This document shows, piece after piece, positions 62,511 through 64,000 of a stretch of DNA of 64,000 nucleotides (position 1 is its first letter; each line of letters opens with the position of its first letter). Origin of the DNA: Geosiphon pyriformis uo1 (Eukaryota > Fungi > Glomeromycota); assembly GCA_016748015.1 (NCBI GenBank), contig JAAOMT010000602.1:134608-198607 (forward strand), written 5' to 3'. The notes under the pieces are model-generated. The model ran no database searches, was not told the DNA's origin, and worked only from the letters and a program-made list of their open reading frames with translations. The translations under genes and the position numbers were made by a program.

Positions 62511-64000
62511 TTGATATAAAACCAAAAATTCTTCTCGAAACATTAATAAGGTTCTTTTTTTCTCATGATAAGCATTCTAGTAAAACTTTTGGGGGCAATA
62601 GAAAGTACAAGTTTCGTGTCTTACGAATAATCCAATGATAAAACCAAGCATTACCGCATAATTACAAAAATCTTTAATCATTACAAATAAACTATGATAC
62701 ACTTTATTTAATTAATAAAGACATCATCAATTAAAAAAAAAAACATTTTTTCTCATAATGCCTTTGCCTACATGACATAAGCGAAGGAACTAAAAAAATA
62801 TATATGTTTTAATGTTAAGAAAAAAAATTTTGAATTTTTTGTGCCCAGGATTGTAGATTTTATGCTCTGTCATTTGAAACGATTTGTAACACAGAATCAG
62901 TTCTTTAAAAAGCTGCAAATTTAAATTAAGGCAAAATAAAAATAAAGATATTTTTTTTTATGCATTCAATTACTTTGGTATATATATTTGAGGATATTTC
63001 CCTATAAAAGAAATAAAAAGTTTTCGTTTAGAGTGTTCAAAAGCAAAATTATCGATCTCAAATATTTATTGAAAGACTATCACTAACAGAGGATCGAGTA
63101 ACATATAATTGCTCAAGATCATCAAATATATATTGTTACAAATTAATTCATACACCGAACCTGAATTTGGCGAAAAAAAGTTACCACTAATGTCAGCGAA
63201 AAGGAAGATCAAACTAAATTTAGAAAACTATTGAGATGTATAAACTTGGAAAAAGATAAAAAAAGTTTTGATTCAAAGCGTTCTAATTACTTATTAGAAA
63301 GAAAAAATTTAATACTTTGTTTAGGATCGTATTTAATCAAAGACATTGGTATATATATATTTTTATTGAATTTCGATTGCAGTTTTGTTCCTCTAAACGA
63401 AGATAGTGTTAGAGTGAGAATTTGAATCAAAGAGGTGATTCATAATTTAAAAAATATATTCAATCATTTTAGTTTGGTTTTAACCTCGAATTAATTTCCT
63501 CATAAAACAACTTTTAAAAATTAAAACCATATTGGACAAAAAGTATGAATTCAAGTAATTGCTTAACCTTTTTTTTATATGATTTTATTACTATTATCAT
63601 CACACTTCATTATGAAATGATTTGAAATCAAAAATCAAAGGGCAGCATGTATAAAGCCACAAAGTTTTCTTGATTAAATTGTCACAATAATAATAATAAT
63701 AATAATAATAAGGTCTTTCTCTATTCTCATTGATGAAAATGCTTGACTTATATGTTCTATTTTGAGCCTGTCAATAAAATATCTTATCATATCAGGTTCA
63801 AATGAATACCTTGTCTTCCCATGTATTTATCTGCTTTTTTCCGAACTAATTTCCTAAAAGATAGCCATTATTACCACCGCCACCACTGCCACTTTCTACC
63901 TCTGTGTCTCTAGTCCCAAACAAAAACAGGATCTCGTGCAAGTTAACGTAGTGGTCTCGGAAGTTGTGTTTACTAATTACGACCATTTCTGCCACTCTGC

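Noticed and set aside
63800-64000. Possible minus-strand exons at the window end
   Set aside because: Stops in the candidate frames and truncated by the window edge.

Overview
AT-rich, intron-containing eukaryotic DNA. The gene families present (F-box/LRR, BTB-SPRY, TKL kinase, MATA-HMG box, LaeA-like methyltransferases, FAR1/MULE relic) point to a Glomeromycotina (arbuscular mycorrhizal-type) fungus; this assignment is inference. The window holds about 12 intact genes, several pseudogenes, two Tc1/mariner relics, and two sharply bounded, extremely AT-rich blocks (~35.3-38.1 kb and ~47.6-57.5 kb). Main results: (1) Three separate ORFs splice into one ~667-aa protein joining tandem AT-hooks to a TET/JBP-type 2OG-Fe(II) dioxygenase. 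(2) The AT-rich blocks are transposons erased by dense C>T/G>A transitions (RIP-like, but apparently sparing ApC), with a short unmutated island sitting between two compensating indels. (3) Two paralogous secreted proteins are built from a duplicated ~125-aa module that I do not recognise. (4) An 11-exon P2X-receptor homologue is almost invisible in the ORF track. All splice models and motif calls were made by hand; no database search was run.
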